Assembly: GCA_051599415.1 (NCBI GenBank)
Contig: AP039707.1
Span: 1 to 64,000 of the forward strand
Direction: 5' to 3'
Length of the DNA stretch: 64,000 bases
Origin: Savitreella phatthalungensis
Taxonomy: Eukaryota
Positions within the stretch are counted from its first letter, which is position 1. Each line of letters starts with the position of its first letter. The notes under the pieces are model-generated. The model ran no database searches. It saw nothing but the letters and a program-made list of their open reading frames with translations, and was not told where the DNA came from. The translations under genes were made by a program, and so were the position numbers. Shown one piece after another: positions 21,445 through 31,662 of this stretch.

Positions 21445-23253
21445 ATGACCCGCGAGAGAGAGCCTCTCGTAGGTCGAGGGCGAACCGCGCAAAAAGGACA
21501 GCGTCCGCAGCGCTATACGGAACCCAGTCCGTTCAGGTCGCCGTCTACAAGTCCTGATGGTCTGCGACGTTCACGGTCAGGAGAGTCGAATGAGGGCGCG
21601 TGCGCGGAAGAGGAGGGGGAAGGCAGTGATGCACGGCCCTCACCATTGCTCATTCTCCCGCTCAACTTCTTCAATGCATTCGCATGGTCATTGATCGAGG
21701 TTCCACTAATCTACCTGCTGAGAACACGGCTCTGCGAGCAGGCATTCGGCGACAAGCCCGGCAGTCTGCCTTACGAAGACGACAAATGCAGGCTCGAATC
21801 AATTCAGACACAGGTTTCCGCACTGAGAGCAGGATTTCAGACCATAGCAGCTGTGCTAGGTCTCTTAACCACGGCAAGCTACGGCTCGATCTCGGACAGC
21901 AAGGGTCGTCGACGTGTCATGCTTACATCAAGCTTCTTCTCTCTGCTGGGCGAGCTCTCCCTGCTGACGATTGTCATGCTACCAGGATACACCACACCAG
22001 AGTACGTCCTGATAACCGCTGTATTCAAAGGTCTTGCAGGCTACATCTCCGCTATCGTGGCGGCTCAGAACTCATACGTGGCAGACACAACAACAACAGA
22101 TCGCCGCGCGCGATATCTTGGCTGGAACTTTGCGACGTATCACCTCGGTACAGCCATGGGTCCACTGATCTCCGGTGTGCTGGTCTCTCGCTATGATCGA
22201 ATGGATCTCGTCTACGCCATCGGAACCACGCTCTGGGGTCTCTACTTTCTCTACACCTTGTTCATTCTGCCGGAGAGCAATCGAGAAGTGACGAGCAAGC
22301 GTGGTGAGCATCGACGATCGAGCGTCTCGTCCGTACTATCACGCCAGACGGCTAGCCGAAGCTGGCATTGGCTGACGCACGTGATGCGCGACCATTTTAT
22401 TGAGCCCCTCTCAGTTGTATTGCCAAAACGGGTCTCGGATGCCGATGGGGAGGCACACTACGACGTGACCGGTGCGTCACAGGAGTCAAAGCGACACTGG
22501 GATGTCTGCCTTGCCGCAATCCTTGTCGGTCTCTCCCTCTTTTCGAATGGCTCCATGGGCATGTTGCCTCTGTACACGGATTTCAAGCTCGGCTGGGGTC
22601 CGCTTCAGGCTTCTCTTCTTCTATCAGTCGACTCTTTCGCTTCTGCCTGCGCTCTCACCTTTATCTTTCCCCTGATCGGTTGGGTAATTGGATCTTTCCT
22701 CCGCAGATTTGGGAGTGCGAAAGAGGCTTGGGACCAGGTAACTGCGCGAGCAGCGTGGCTTGCGGCGGAGGACTCTGACCAGCCGCCGTCGGGATTCTGG
22801 CCATTTGGCAGAGACCACTCGCCTGATCGGCAGGAGTCGTGTGAGGTGGATCAGACCCGAAGGACTACGATTATCAAGCGAGATCTGTGGGTGGCAAGGC
22901 TCGGATACATGGCCGCCGCGCTTGCCTCGATCGGTATCGCCTTGAGCAGCAATGCGGCGGGGCTTTACACATCGGTCGTCATCCAGGCGCTGGCCAATAT
23001 TGCCGTACCTGCTGTCCAGAGCATTGCCTTGAACGGCGTGCGGACCTCCTTCAATGGACGCGTGCTTGCAGGATTCGCCGTGGTCGAGTCTATCTGTCTA
23101 GTCGCACGTGGACCGGTCTTCGCGGCTATATACAATGCTTCCTTACCTAACAGCCCAGGAGCAGTTTACTACACTTCTGCCGGCGTTTATGGTGTCGCTT
23201 TACTCATCTTACTCTTTATCAAACTCTATCGTCCACTCGGCGACCATTCATAG
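21445..23253 (+). CDS. Major facilitator superfamily transporter
   Basis: MFS motif A (GSISDSKGRRRVML), SYVAD...RA, and about 12 hydrophobic segments. Confidence 0.9.
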   Translation: MTREREPLVGRGRTAQKGQRPQRYTEPSPFRSPSTSPDGLRRSRSGESNEGACAEEEGEGSDARPSPLLILPLNFFNAFAWSLIEVPLIYLLRTRLCEQAFGDKPGSLPYEDDKCRLESIQTQVSALRAGFQTIAAVLGLLTTASYGSISDSKGRRRVMLTSSFFSLLGELSLLTIVMLPGYTTPEYVLITAVFKGLAGYISAIVAAQNSYVADTTTTDRRARYLGWNFATYHLGTAMGPLISGVLVSRYDRMDLVYAIGTTLWGLYFLYTLFILPESNREVTSKRGEHRRSSVSSVLSRQTASRSWHWLTHVMRDHFIEPLSVVLPKRVSDADGEAHYDVTGASQESKRHWDVCLAAILVGLSLFSNGSMGMLPLYTDFKLGWGPLQASLLLSVDSFASACALTFIFPLIGWVIGSFLRRFGSAKEAWDQVTARAAWLAAEDSDQPPSGFWPFGRDHSPDRQESCEVDQTRRTTIIKRDLWVARLGYMAAALASIGIALSSNAAGLYTSVVIQALANIAVPAVQSIALNGVRTSFNGRVLAGFAVVESICLVARGPVFAAIYNASLPNSPGAVYYTSAGVYGVALLILLFIKLYRPLGDHS

Positions 23254-23300
23254 GCAGCGAACCATCTGTACAAATGCATGTAGGTCTCTCATTACTATGA

Positions 23301-26300
23301 TTAGCTCTTCTTCTGCAGGGAGACCTTGATTTTGGACACACCGATACACGAAGTCAATTGGACATCCTTCAGCGACTTGATGAGCTCGCGCTCGCGCGGC
23401 CAGGCTCTATCGCGATCCGTGGACGACTCGTCCAGGGAGAGGCCGCCGGCAGGAGGTTTCTTGCCCTCGCCAACGCCGATCCATGCTGAAACGATCGGTC
23501 TCAGTGCTTTTGTCTTTTTGAGCGAGCCCGGCTGCAACTTGCACCTGTATTTACACTTTTGCAGGGCTGCGTATGGAGCACATGTTGGGATGGCGTCGAT
23601 GAGCACATCACCAGGTAACGGCGTGCTCACGAGTGAATCGAGGGGAGTGACTAGCTCAGCCTCGTCTTCGTCCAACTCAACGATATTCTCCTCGCGCATG
23701 ATAGCAGCAACGTCAGGACGGTGCTGACGACGCGGCGCTTGGCGTTGCGCAGGTTTCGACTCTGGCTCGCTCGACGTGTCCTGTTCGCTCTCCTCCGCAA
23801 TCTTGATGCCGAGAAGTTTTTGAGCGAGCAACTTGTCCTCGTCGTCCTGGTCCTGGTACTTCGCGAGCTTCTTCTTCTTGCTGCGCTGGCTGCGAGTGAG
23901 CTGCTTCGATTTTGGTGGTGTTGATGTCTGTCGAGATTGAGAAGCCTTGTCATCGTCACCCTTCGTCCCATTAACCTTGGGGGTGGGGAATGCTGCAGCC
24001 TGAGCACCGGTGGCGTCCTTTTCGGCGGGCTGAGTAGACCTCACCGATTTGACGTCGGTGTCGGCACTGGCAGGAGCCGTCTCCTCAGCTGGGGCCGGCG
24101 CTGACTGTTCCTGGGTTTGAGGTGCTGCAGATGCTTCCTCAACCGGCTGCTCGCCACGTTTTCTCTCGCGGCGTTCCTTCGCACTCAAGTGCTTCGCTTT
24201 GCCAGAAAACACTTCAGATTCTTCCTGCTCGCTGGCGTGTCCGTGGTCTTCGAGCTCATACTTATCAGCCAATTCTTCCTGGATCTTCTCGCCCTGGCGT
24301 TCCAATTTTTCCTTTACGTGACGGTCGCGCGAGACTTCATCAACGAGGAAGAGCATGCCGTAGCCAAGTTCCAACTTTGCAGGAGGCAGAAAGTTCTTCT
24401 TACCACGAATCATGAAGGAGCCCGTGGTAAGGTACTCGCCAGTTGGGGCGGTCTTTGACACCTGGTCTGCTTGGACCCACCAGGCCGAGATGACCGTCTT
24501 GGCATCCCACGCGGAAGAGGTGGCCACGGTGAGAGTTCCAGCCTGCGAGATGGTACTGGGTGGGATCGGCGCGTCGGGAGAGCTGTTCTTGACTACCACC
24601 GATGCTGCGCCATTCAGATCAGCATGGACATAGACATCGCCTTTGCGCAGATGTTTCCTGTAAAGCTGCTCGTTCTGCTGGGCATCGTGGCCGCCGAGTA
24701 CGAGGTAGCCTTCTGAAGAGATAAACCAGAGAAACTTCTCGAACCACAACTGCTTGCGAACAGGCTTCATCAGCGCACGTTCGGAAGTCTTGAGCCCTTT
24801 CTTGAGATCATGCTCAACCTTCTGTTCAACGGATCTGATGGCACGCTTGGCGGCTTGCTGTGTCTTCTCCTCTTTTGTCAACGCCGTGCGACGGACAGCA
24901 TAGTACTCTCGTGCATTACTGAAGGCAGACTTGGAAATGTCGACATCAATGAGGAGAGTAGAGCCTGGCTGTTCATCTCCTGCTTCTCCTTCATCATCTT
25001 CCTCTTCGCCGCTATGCTCGTCTCCGCTGTCTTCATCGACTTCGTCCAGATCTCTGACTTTGACGGTGACGGTGCTGTCTTTCAATTTCAGAGGCAGAGA
25101 GATGACCTGTGCGACCGGATTGCCTGCGGCTGCCTCACTTTTGATCAGTCGTTCCATATCCACCCAGTCCATACCCTGCTCAAGCAGAGAGTTGACGGCA
25201 GCGATAGCTTCATCAACAATCCCCTGAGCGCCTTCCAATGCTCTCGCTTTTTGCGCAGACTGCTCTTGCGTCGACACGAGACCCTGTATTTTACGATTTT
25301 GCTCGTCCTTGGCGGCCTGAAGACGCTTACTGGCTAACTCTTCCTGCTGTCGGACTCGTTGTTCAAGCCGTTGAGACTCAATAGAGGAGAAGAACTTATC
25401 GACTGCCGCATTGAAAGTGGAAAACTCCTCGACGTCCTTCGCACCAGCTGGTCGGAACGGCTGAAAATCCTCGTAGACGCCTTGCTTGGTGATGATGTAT
25501 CCAGGATGCGACTCTGCTGCCATCAATGAATCAGCATCCGATAGAGCACCGAGCAAGCGAGCCCGGCCCTCTGCATCAATTGACGGCTCTCCGGCGGGAT
25601 CGATACCTGCCTCAACCAGCGCGTGCTCCACGAGAGCGCTGCCGTATTGTGTAAGCCGGGATGCAAGCACCTTCTTCACCGTGTTCTTGCCTTTGTCTTT
25701 TCGCTTTCGAGCTTTACGGACTTGCAGCGCATTGAGCTGAACATCCTCTTCCTCTGCCTCCTGATCAGCAGCCGTATTTGAGCCATCAAGCGCAGCGTCC
25801 AGCTTCTCTGGCGTGATCTTTTCGAGGTGGGTGGTCGTACGTCTTCCAAAGTCATACACTTCTCCGACCGCAACTTTTTGGCCCTCGTCTTCCGATACGA
25901 GGCGGAGGAGAGAGAGAATGCGATGGTGACCATCAGTCAAGATGACGTTACCACCAGCGTAAAATTCAAAGATGATGTGGAAGCTCTTATCCGGATCTGC
26001 ATGATCCTGCCCACCGCCAAATGTCATGACAGCCACTCGATCGATGCCGAGCTGCATCAACGACGTGACACGCCTTGTTCTGACATGTTTCCTGAGCTTC
26101 GCACAAAAGTTGGAGGGGGTAGCGGCTGTCTCGCGAGCAAAGTCGGTCAAATGTATCCGATAACCGCTTTCGATTAGGATAGTCTGCCTTTCACTGCCGG
26201 CTTTGGCAAACTTGAGCAGAAACGTGCGAGAGTTCACATCGTAGATGTTGGCCAGACGTGTATCCTGAATATTGATGTTAATCTCGCGGCACGCCGCTGC

Positions 26301-26330
26301 AAGATCGAGCGAGGAGAAGCGCTGCTTCAT
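23301..26330 (-). CDS. RQC2: Ribosome quality control protein Rqc2/NEMF
   Basis: MKQRFSSLDL start, NIYD, WFEKFLWFISSEGYLVLGG.DAQQNE, VSKTAPTGEYLTTGSFMIRGKKNFLPP, C-terminal CAPY..L...KY..KLQPG. Confidence 0.95.
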   Translation of the reverse strand: MKQRFSSLDLAAACREININIQDTRLANIYDVNSRTFLLKFAKAGSERQTILIESGYRIHLTDFARETAATPSNFCAKLRKHVRTRRVTSLMQLGIDRVAVMTFGGGQDHADPDKSFHIIFEFYAGGNVILTDGHHRILSLLRLVSEDEGQKVAVGEVYDFGRRTTTHLEKITPEKLDAALDGSNTAADQEAEEEDVQLNALQVRKARKRKDKGKNTVKKVLASRLTQYGSALVEHALVEAGIDPAGEPSIDAEGRARLLGALSDADSLMAAESHPGYIITKQGVYEDFQPFRPAGAKDVEEFSTFNAAVDKFFSSIESQRLEQRVRQQEELASKRLQAAKDEQNRKIQGLVSTQEQSAQKARALEGAQGIVDEAIAAVNSLLEQGMDWVDMERLIKSEAAAGNPVAQVISLPLKLKDSTVTVKVRDLDEVDEDSGDEHSGEEEDDEGEAGDEQPGSTLLIDVDISKSAFSNAREYYAVRRTALTKEEKTQQAAKRAIRSVEQKVEHDLKKGLKTSERALMKPVRKQLWFEKFLWFISSEGYLVLGGHDAQQNEQLYRKHLRKGDVYVHADLNGAASVVVKNSSPDAPIPPSTISQAGTLTVATSSAWDAKTVISAWWVQADQVSKTAPTGEYLTTGSFMIRGKKNFLPPAKLELGYGMLFLVDEVSRDRHVKEKLERQGEKIQEELADKYELEDHGHASEQEESEVFSGKAKHLSAKERRERKRGEQPVEEASAAPQTQEQSAPAPAEETAPASADTDVKSVRSTQPAEKDATGAQAAAFPTPKVNGTKGDDDKASQSRQTSTPPKSKQLTRSQRSKKKKLAKYQDQDDEDKLLAQKLLGIKIAEESEQDTSSEPESKPAQRQAPRRQHRPDVAAIMREENIVELDEDEAELVTPLDSLVSTPLPGDVLIDAIPTCAPYAALQKCKYRCKLQPGSLKKTKALRPIVSAWIGVGEGKKPPAGGLSLDESSTDRDRAWPRERELIKSLKDVQLTSCIGVSKIKVSLQKKS

Positions 26331-26451
26331 GGTTGTCGCACGTCTTGCAACACGGTCGATGACGTCGCTGATGAATAAAAACCTACGTAAATTTATAGTT
26401 AAATTTACATGTCCATGACGGAATTTCAGCGCCAGGAACACAAGTTTGTCG

Positions 26452-27591
26452 ATGCGAGTGTTGGCGGTCAGCTCTAGGCATGTCGCCTTCCGTGCGACTA
26501 GCTCAGCCGGACATCCGTTCGAAAGTCCGTCGCTGGAGCTCCAAGAACCTACGAGAGGTGCGGTTGAGGCTGCAGCAGCACATTTGAGGACGGGTGAAAT
26601 AGTTGCTTTTCCCACAGAGACAGTCTACGGCCTCGGTGCAGATGCGCGCTCGAGCACAGCGGTAGCGAAGATCTATGCTGCAAAGAACAGGCCATCAGAC
26701 AACCCTCTGATCTTGCACGTCGCATCTCTGACGTATCTGCGCCAGCTATGTCCAGAGCTGCCCGATGTATATAGGGTGCTAATCGATCGGTTCTGGCCAG
26801 GACCGCTGACAATCCTCCTCCCACTTGACCGCGTCCGATCGGGTATTTCAGATCTATGCACAAAGTCACAATCGACTTTTGCTGTGCGGATGCCGGAGCA
26901 CCCGCTCGCGCTCGCTCTGCTGCACACGGCTGACATGGCGCTCGCTGCGCCTTCGGCAAACGCGTCCACTCGGCCCTCTCCGACCACGGCCGCACATGTC
27001 GTCCACGACCTCGAAGGTCGAATTGACATGGTGTTAGATGGTGGCGCATGCACAGTCGGGGTCGAATCGACGGTTGTCGATGGCCTGCACGATCCGCCTC
27101 TCGTGCTCCGGCCTGGTGGTGTGACTGTCGAGGCCTTGCGAGCTTGTGGCGGGCCGTGGGCGGATGTGCAGGTGTACAGACCGGATGTCGCAACAGCAGC
27201 CGAAGTCCCACGGACTCCTGGAATGAAGTACAAACACTATTCTCCCAGCCACACCAAAGTCGTCCTTGTCGAGCACAATGCGGAGCACCTGCCCTCTAAG
27301 CAGCTCGCCCGCTCACTCGGTCTTGACGGAGAGCGCATGGCGGTAGCACGTGCATCAGGCTGGCACGATCTTCGTGACATGGAGAACGGTGGTGATTTCA
27401 CCGTCCGAGAACTCGGTAAGACGTCCAAGGAGGTGGCGTCAAACATCTTCTCAGTGTTGCGTGAGCTGGATGGTATTGTAGACATTGTATTTGTTGAAGG
27501 CGTCTCCGAGGCTGGCGAAGGTCTCGCTGTGATGAACCGGCTTCGGAAGGCTGCGACTGTCGTTCTCGCACGTGGCGGCCATGTAGCATAA
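26452..27591 (+). CDS. SUA5: Threonylcarbamoyl-AMP synthase
   Basis: VAFPTETVYGLGA, KNRPSDNPLILH, AAPSAN.S.RPSPT, PGMKYKHYSP, AVMNRLRKAA. Confidence 0.96.
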   Translation: MRVLAVSSRHVAFRATSSAGHPFESPSLELQEPTRGAVEAAAAHLRTGEIVAFPTETVYGLGADARSSTAVAKIYAAKNRPSDNPLILHVASLTYLRQLCPELPDVYRVLIDRFWPGPLTILLPLDRVRSGISDLCTKSQSTFAVRMPEHPLALALLHTADMALAAPSANASTRPSPTTAAHVVHDLEGRIDMVLDGGACTVGVESTVVDGLHDPPLVLRPGGVTVEALRACGGPWADVQVYRPDVATAAEVPRTPGMKYKHYSPSHTKVVLVEHNAEHLPSKQLARSLGLDGERMAVARASGWHDLRDMENGGDFTVRELGKTSKEVASNIFSVLRELDGIVDIVFVEGVSEAGEGLAVMNRLRKAATVVLARGGHVA

Positions 27592-27636
27592 CAGGATGGA
27601 ATGTTCGGCAACGTAACGTTGTTTATCTGTCATTTG

Positions 27637-27766
27637 TCATGTTCTCGAGCTATTGGCCCAACGGCAAGCTACGTAATGCCAGACCGTATTTTCGCAGCGA
27701 GGTATCTTTTGCCCATACTGAGAACGCATGCGAAGGATACATTGCTTACCGCATAGTATGACAAGG
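27637..27766 (-). ncRNA. Candidate box H/ACA snoRNA
   Basis: On the minus strand: hairpin 1 (UUGUCAUACU/AGUAUGGGCAA, inner AUGCG/CGCAU), hinge AAAAGA (ANANNA), hairpin 2 (CUCG/CGAG, GGUCU/GGGCC, GGCA/UGCC), then ACA plus 3 nt. G-U pairs favour this strand. Confidence 0.45.
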
Positions 27767-27849
27767 ACGCGGGGCGCAAGATTCGAACGTCGTCGTCTGG
27801 GGCGCATTCGACCAATCGATCGCTTGAGCTGTGGTACCGCGACCGGAAA

Positions 27850-28917
27850 CTATCCGAGCAACTTGTCTATCACTCTCGCAACTCTGACTCGCTCGCCTGA
27901 GTCGTTCTGCAGGTCGGTGACCACGAGCGTCTCTGCCGGCACGCGAGCCACAGGATCTTCCGCCAGAGCCTGCATCCTCAGCATTGTATGCACTGCGTCG
28001 CCAAATACGAATGGGGCTGCCTCGACGACACGCGACAGTGCTTCAGGCCGAACTGTAGGCTCTATTTCTGCGGACGAAGGCCGCGACGTGGTTGTGAGCC
28101 TCGGGTACTTGCCAGAGACCTGTGTCCGGGTAACGACTTGTCCCAGCACGTTGCGCAGGTGTATCTCGAGTCCGGCTAGTAGCAGCGCAGGTACAGTAGG
28201 GGCGACGCCCCCCAACAAGCCATTCTCGAGTGCCGTTGCAATCACCCTGTCCTTGAGCGACTCCTGTTCCGGAAGCTGGAGCGTCTCTGTGAGAAGGGGC
28301 ACATGGAAACCTTTGATGATGTCGTTGTGATGCTGTGATGAGTTGATCTTCTGTGCAGACATCGGGACGCGCGGCAGCTTGGCAAAGCGCGTCTCGATCA
28401 TAGAATTTGGTCTCGGCCGATTTGGCTGTCCTGTGGCTCCGGCGCCGGCGCCGCCGCTGCCAGTGCTTGTGCCGACGGCCTTCACCCGTGCGCGCTCTCT
28501 GTTGGTCAGACCCATGACCTCTTGTTTGAGCCTGCGCGCTGCAGGGTCGCCGGCGTCCAGCGTCACGCGGCGCTTCTTTGACCAACCCACAGAGACGGCG
28601 ACGGCCGGCGGAGGGCAGTCGCGATACGCGTTTGAAAGAAGCGCCATGATGACCTCGTTGTGTAGTCGGATGAAGCCGCGGACGCGCATCGGCCGGAGCT
28701 GCACTTCGAACTCGTCCCTATTCAGCCTCCCTAGAAGGAAATCGGTGACGATTTGCTGATATTGCGGCCAGCGTTCTTGGAGGAGCTCGTGCATGCGGTT
28801 GAGCGGTGCGTCTACATCGGCGCGCACGACTTGCGCCGTGCTCGCAGGTCGCTTGAATCCTTCATCTTCCGCTGCGGGGCTTGAGGGAGCGACGACATCA
28901 GCCGCCGCGTCCTCCAT
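27850..28917 (-). CDS. HFI1: SAGA complex subunit Ada1/Hfi1 (Tada1 family)
   Basis: W..Y......FLLGRLNRDEF....LHN..I.ALL.NA and LPE.ESLKDR....ALENGL..GV....LL.GLE.HLRN.L histone-fold region. Confidence 0.85.
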   Translation of the reverse strand: MEDAAADVVAPSSPAAEDEGFKRPASTAQVVRADVDAPLNRMHELLQERWPQYQQIVTDFLLGRLNRDEFEVQLRPMRVRGFIRLHNEVIMALLSNAYRDCPPPAVAVSVGWSKKRRVTLDAGDPAARRLKQEVMGLTNRERARVKAVGTSTGSGGAGAGATGQPNRPRPNSMIETRFAKLPRVPMSAQKINSSQHHNDIIKGFHVPLLTETLQLPEQESLKDRVIATALENGLLGGVAPTVPALLLAGLEIHLRNVLGQVVTRTQVSGKYPRLTTTSRPSSAEIEPTVRPEALSRVVEAAPFVFGDAVHTMLRMQALAEDPVARVPAETLVVTDLQNDSGERVRVARVIDKLLG

Positions 28918-29091
28918 GATGACGGGTGACGGACGATCACCTTTTGGCACTCTCGTGACCTTCTGATGAATATATGTTGTCAACGTACGTCAAGATCCCA
29001 TATATTATTAACTGTGTGGATATGTATGCAATATTCTTGAGATCGATCGAGATCTCGATGAAGCTAATGGATTTTCTCCATAGATGATCGA

Positions 29092-30744
29092 CTATGAATC
29101 CATCCGCACGAGCCAGTCTTGGTCGACGAGGAAGCTCTTGACCTGGTTGATCGTGCACTCGTTCCTGTGGAAGATGCCAGCTGCGAGTGCTGCCTCGCAC
29201 CCAGTAGCCTCAAACACCTCTTTGAAGTGCTCGGGCCGGCCGGCGCCGGACGATGCAATTACAGGGATCCGTACTGCTGATTTGACGTCCTTCACAAGAT
29301 CGAGGTCGTATCCGGCATTTGTTCCGTCCTGGTCCATGCAATTTAGAAGGATCTCACCTGCACCTAGAGCTTCTGCGGCAGTGACGAGTTGTCTAACGTC
29401 AAGGTCGCGTGCTTCGCGTCCGCCCGAGACTGTGCACTGGTACCAAGCATAACGCTGACCTTCTGGTCCAGTGAAGCTCATCTCGATTGTGTGATGAGGT
29501 GTGTCTGCTGGACTGTGCACCCACCGCCTACGAGGATCGACGCTGACGACGACTGCCTGGCAGCCGTACGCCTGTGAGATGGTCTCGATTGGTGAGCTGC
29601 CCGTCCTGCCGTTGCCTGCGTGGTAAGCCTCCGCGGCGTAGACTGCGTCGCTGCCAATCGAGATCTTGTCAGCTCCCGCATCAAAGTAATAGCGTGCAAC
29701 CTCGAGCGCAGTCTCTTCTGGTGTGTCGCGAATGCCGCCTCCCACAGTCATCGGCACGAACACAGATTTTGCCGCTTGCCGAAGTACTTCAAGCATGGGC
29801 GCTTCCTGTGCTCGCGTGCTCCGGAAGGATGTGATATTCAAGAATGTGACCTCATCTGCACCTTCCTCATAGTATCGCTTCGCGAGCTCCACAGGCTTGC
29901 CGAGATTGCGTACGGCGGAAGATGATCGGTCCCGGACGTCGTACTGATCACCCTTTGTGACAACGAGATCACCTTGGTCGTTCGATCTAACATCCAGACA
30001 GGCGATGATCCGATAGGTTAGACCGCCGTGGCCGGGTTGCTCAGATACGACTGTGGCTTTGCCCGTGATGTGCTTCCGCACAGTACGATTTAAGAAGGCT
30101 TCGAGGACTTTGAGGCCTGCAGCACCGGACTTCTCTGGATGGAACTGTGTAGCGAGGCAGTTCTCGCGAGCGACAGCACCGACATACTCCTCTGTGCCGT
30201 ATCTTGCCGTCGCTACAGACCAGCCTCCTCCGGCCCCTGATATCTTCTGATCGTCTGCCAGCTTTCGGCAGTAAGAGTGAACGTAGTAGTATTTTGCGTG
30301 GGGAGTGATGCCGTAGATGGCTGTGTCCGTCTCGTCCCGCACAACGGCACTGTTCCATCCAATGCAAGGGACCGCCTTGTCGGCTGAGTCGAACCTGCGT
30401 ACGATGCCGGGTATGACGCCGAGACCAGGGATGTCGGGTGCCTCCTCGCTGCCCTCGAAAAGAGCCTGCATGCCTACGCAGATGCCCATGAAGGGCTTGC
30501 CTGCATCGATGTAGCTCTTGAGAGGTGCAGCATATCCCTGTTTCCGCAATGATCCGCAGACATGTCCAAAATTGCCAACACCTGGGAACAAGAGTACCTC
30601 TGCCTTCTCCACATCCTCAGGAGATTCGACAAATTTGTGCTGAAAGCCGAGCTGCTCGATGGCGTTGACGAGCGATCGAACGTTGCCTGCGCCATATGAT
30701 AGGATAGAGACCGTCGGCCGGTAGACGGCGTTGGATCCGGCCAT
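29092..30744 (-). CDS. HIS7: Imidazole glycerol phosphate synthase (HisH-HisF fusion)
   Basis: YGAGNVRSL, FPGVGNFG, GICVGMQ, QFHPEKSG, RIIACLDVRSND.GDLVVTKGDQYDVR, ALAAGIFHR. Confidence 0.97.
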   Translation of the reverse strand: MAGSNAVYRPTVSILSYGAGNVRSLVNAIEQLGFQHKFVESPEDVEKAEVLLFPGVGNFGHVCGSLRKQGYAAPLKSYIDAGKPFMGICVGMQALFEGSEEAPDIPGLGVIPGIVRRFDSADKAVPCIGWNSAVVRDETDTAIYGITPHAKYYYVHSYCRKLADDQKISGAGGGWSVATARYGTEEYVGAVARENCLATQFHPEKSGAAGLKVLEAFLNRTVRKHITGKATVVSEQPGHGGLTYRIIACLDVRSNDQGDLVVTKGDQYDVRDRSSSAVRNLGKPVELAKRYYEEGADEVTFLNITSFRSTRAQEAPMLEVLRQAAKSVFVPMTVGGGIRDTPEETALEVARYYFDAGADKISIGSDAVYAAEAYHAGNGRTGSSPIETISQAYGCQAVVVSVDPRRRWVHSPADTPHHTIEMSFTGPEGQRYAWYQCTVSGGREARDLDVRQLVTAAEALGAGEILLNCMDQDGTNAGYDLDLVKDVKSAVRIPVIASSGAGRPEHFKEVFEATGCEAALAAGIFHRNECTINQVKSFLVDQDWLVRMDS

Positions 30745-31662
30745 CGCCCAGTTTCTTTGAGCTCACTAGTATGGAAGAATGGAGAAAAAGAGATGACGAT
30801 GGGATCAGACGACCATGGCTCATCTTTTTTGTATGGTCAATTTTAGGTGTAGCTCCCACCAGGCTGTAGTGACCGAGAAAGTATGCACCGTACCACCACC
30901 GTACAGTGTTACCCCGTGCATGTAAATTATGTATGAATGAATGAAATGGATATGCATGCATTCGAATGCCTGATCATCCATCCACTCAAATATCGTATCG
31001 AATTTCAAATCTTGATCAGATCCAGCTTGAGCCTGTATCAAATCCCATGTTCATGTTCAGAGATTGATCCGTCATGCAAGTCTAGAGTCGAAATCGATCG
31101 TCATCAATCGATCGATCGAATGCACCACAGCAACAGCTATACCGCATCTCGCTCGATATTTCGAAATGAGTTTTGTTCCTTTACTCTTTTGACTGACTCA
31201 ATCGATACGATCTACAGTCTATGTAAACATGTGTAGCAGGAAGATCCGGAAAGCAAGTGTGATTTGAAACTCTACTGCTGATGGTAGCAGCGCAAAGTCG
31301 AGCCTTGACCGACAATCATGCCTGTACATGTTTGGAAGCAGATAGTACAATATTTCTCCTCTTCTCATGTAGAGGACAGAAGCACAGACTACACTCAATC
31401 TGAATATGCTCAATCTAGAGTGGTGGCTGCGATGCTATCTGAGATTTTGTCTACTGTCGATGTGAGAGAGTGAGCGTTGCCAAGCCATCTTGTTCTGTGT
31501 CATACTTCCAATAGCCGATCGAGCATCCATCATCCCTTATCGCCGCGCACTGACAAAAGGCCTCAAGCTCCATAGAGCGAACTTTTAGACGATGCAAGGT
31601 CAGGCAGAGGTGCATTCAAGTCTAGATCTTCCATTCATGTCTGCCTGCTTTCGACTTTTGTG

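Noticed and set aside
26331..26615. N-terminal extension of the RQC2 ORF overlapping SUA5
   Set aside because: The conserved protein starts at MKQRF (26330); the extension comes from a non-ATG ORF call.
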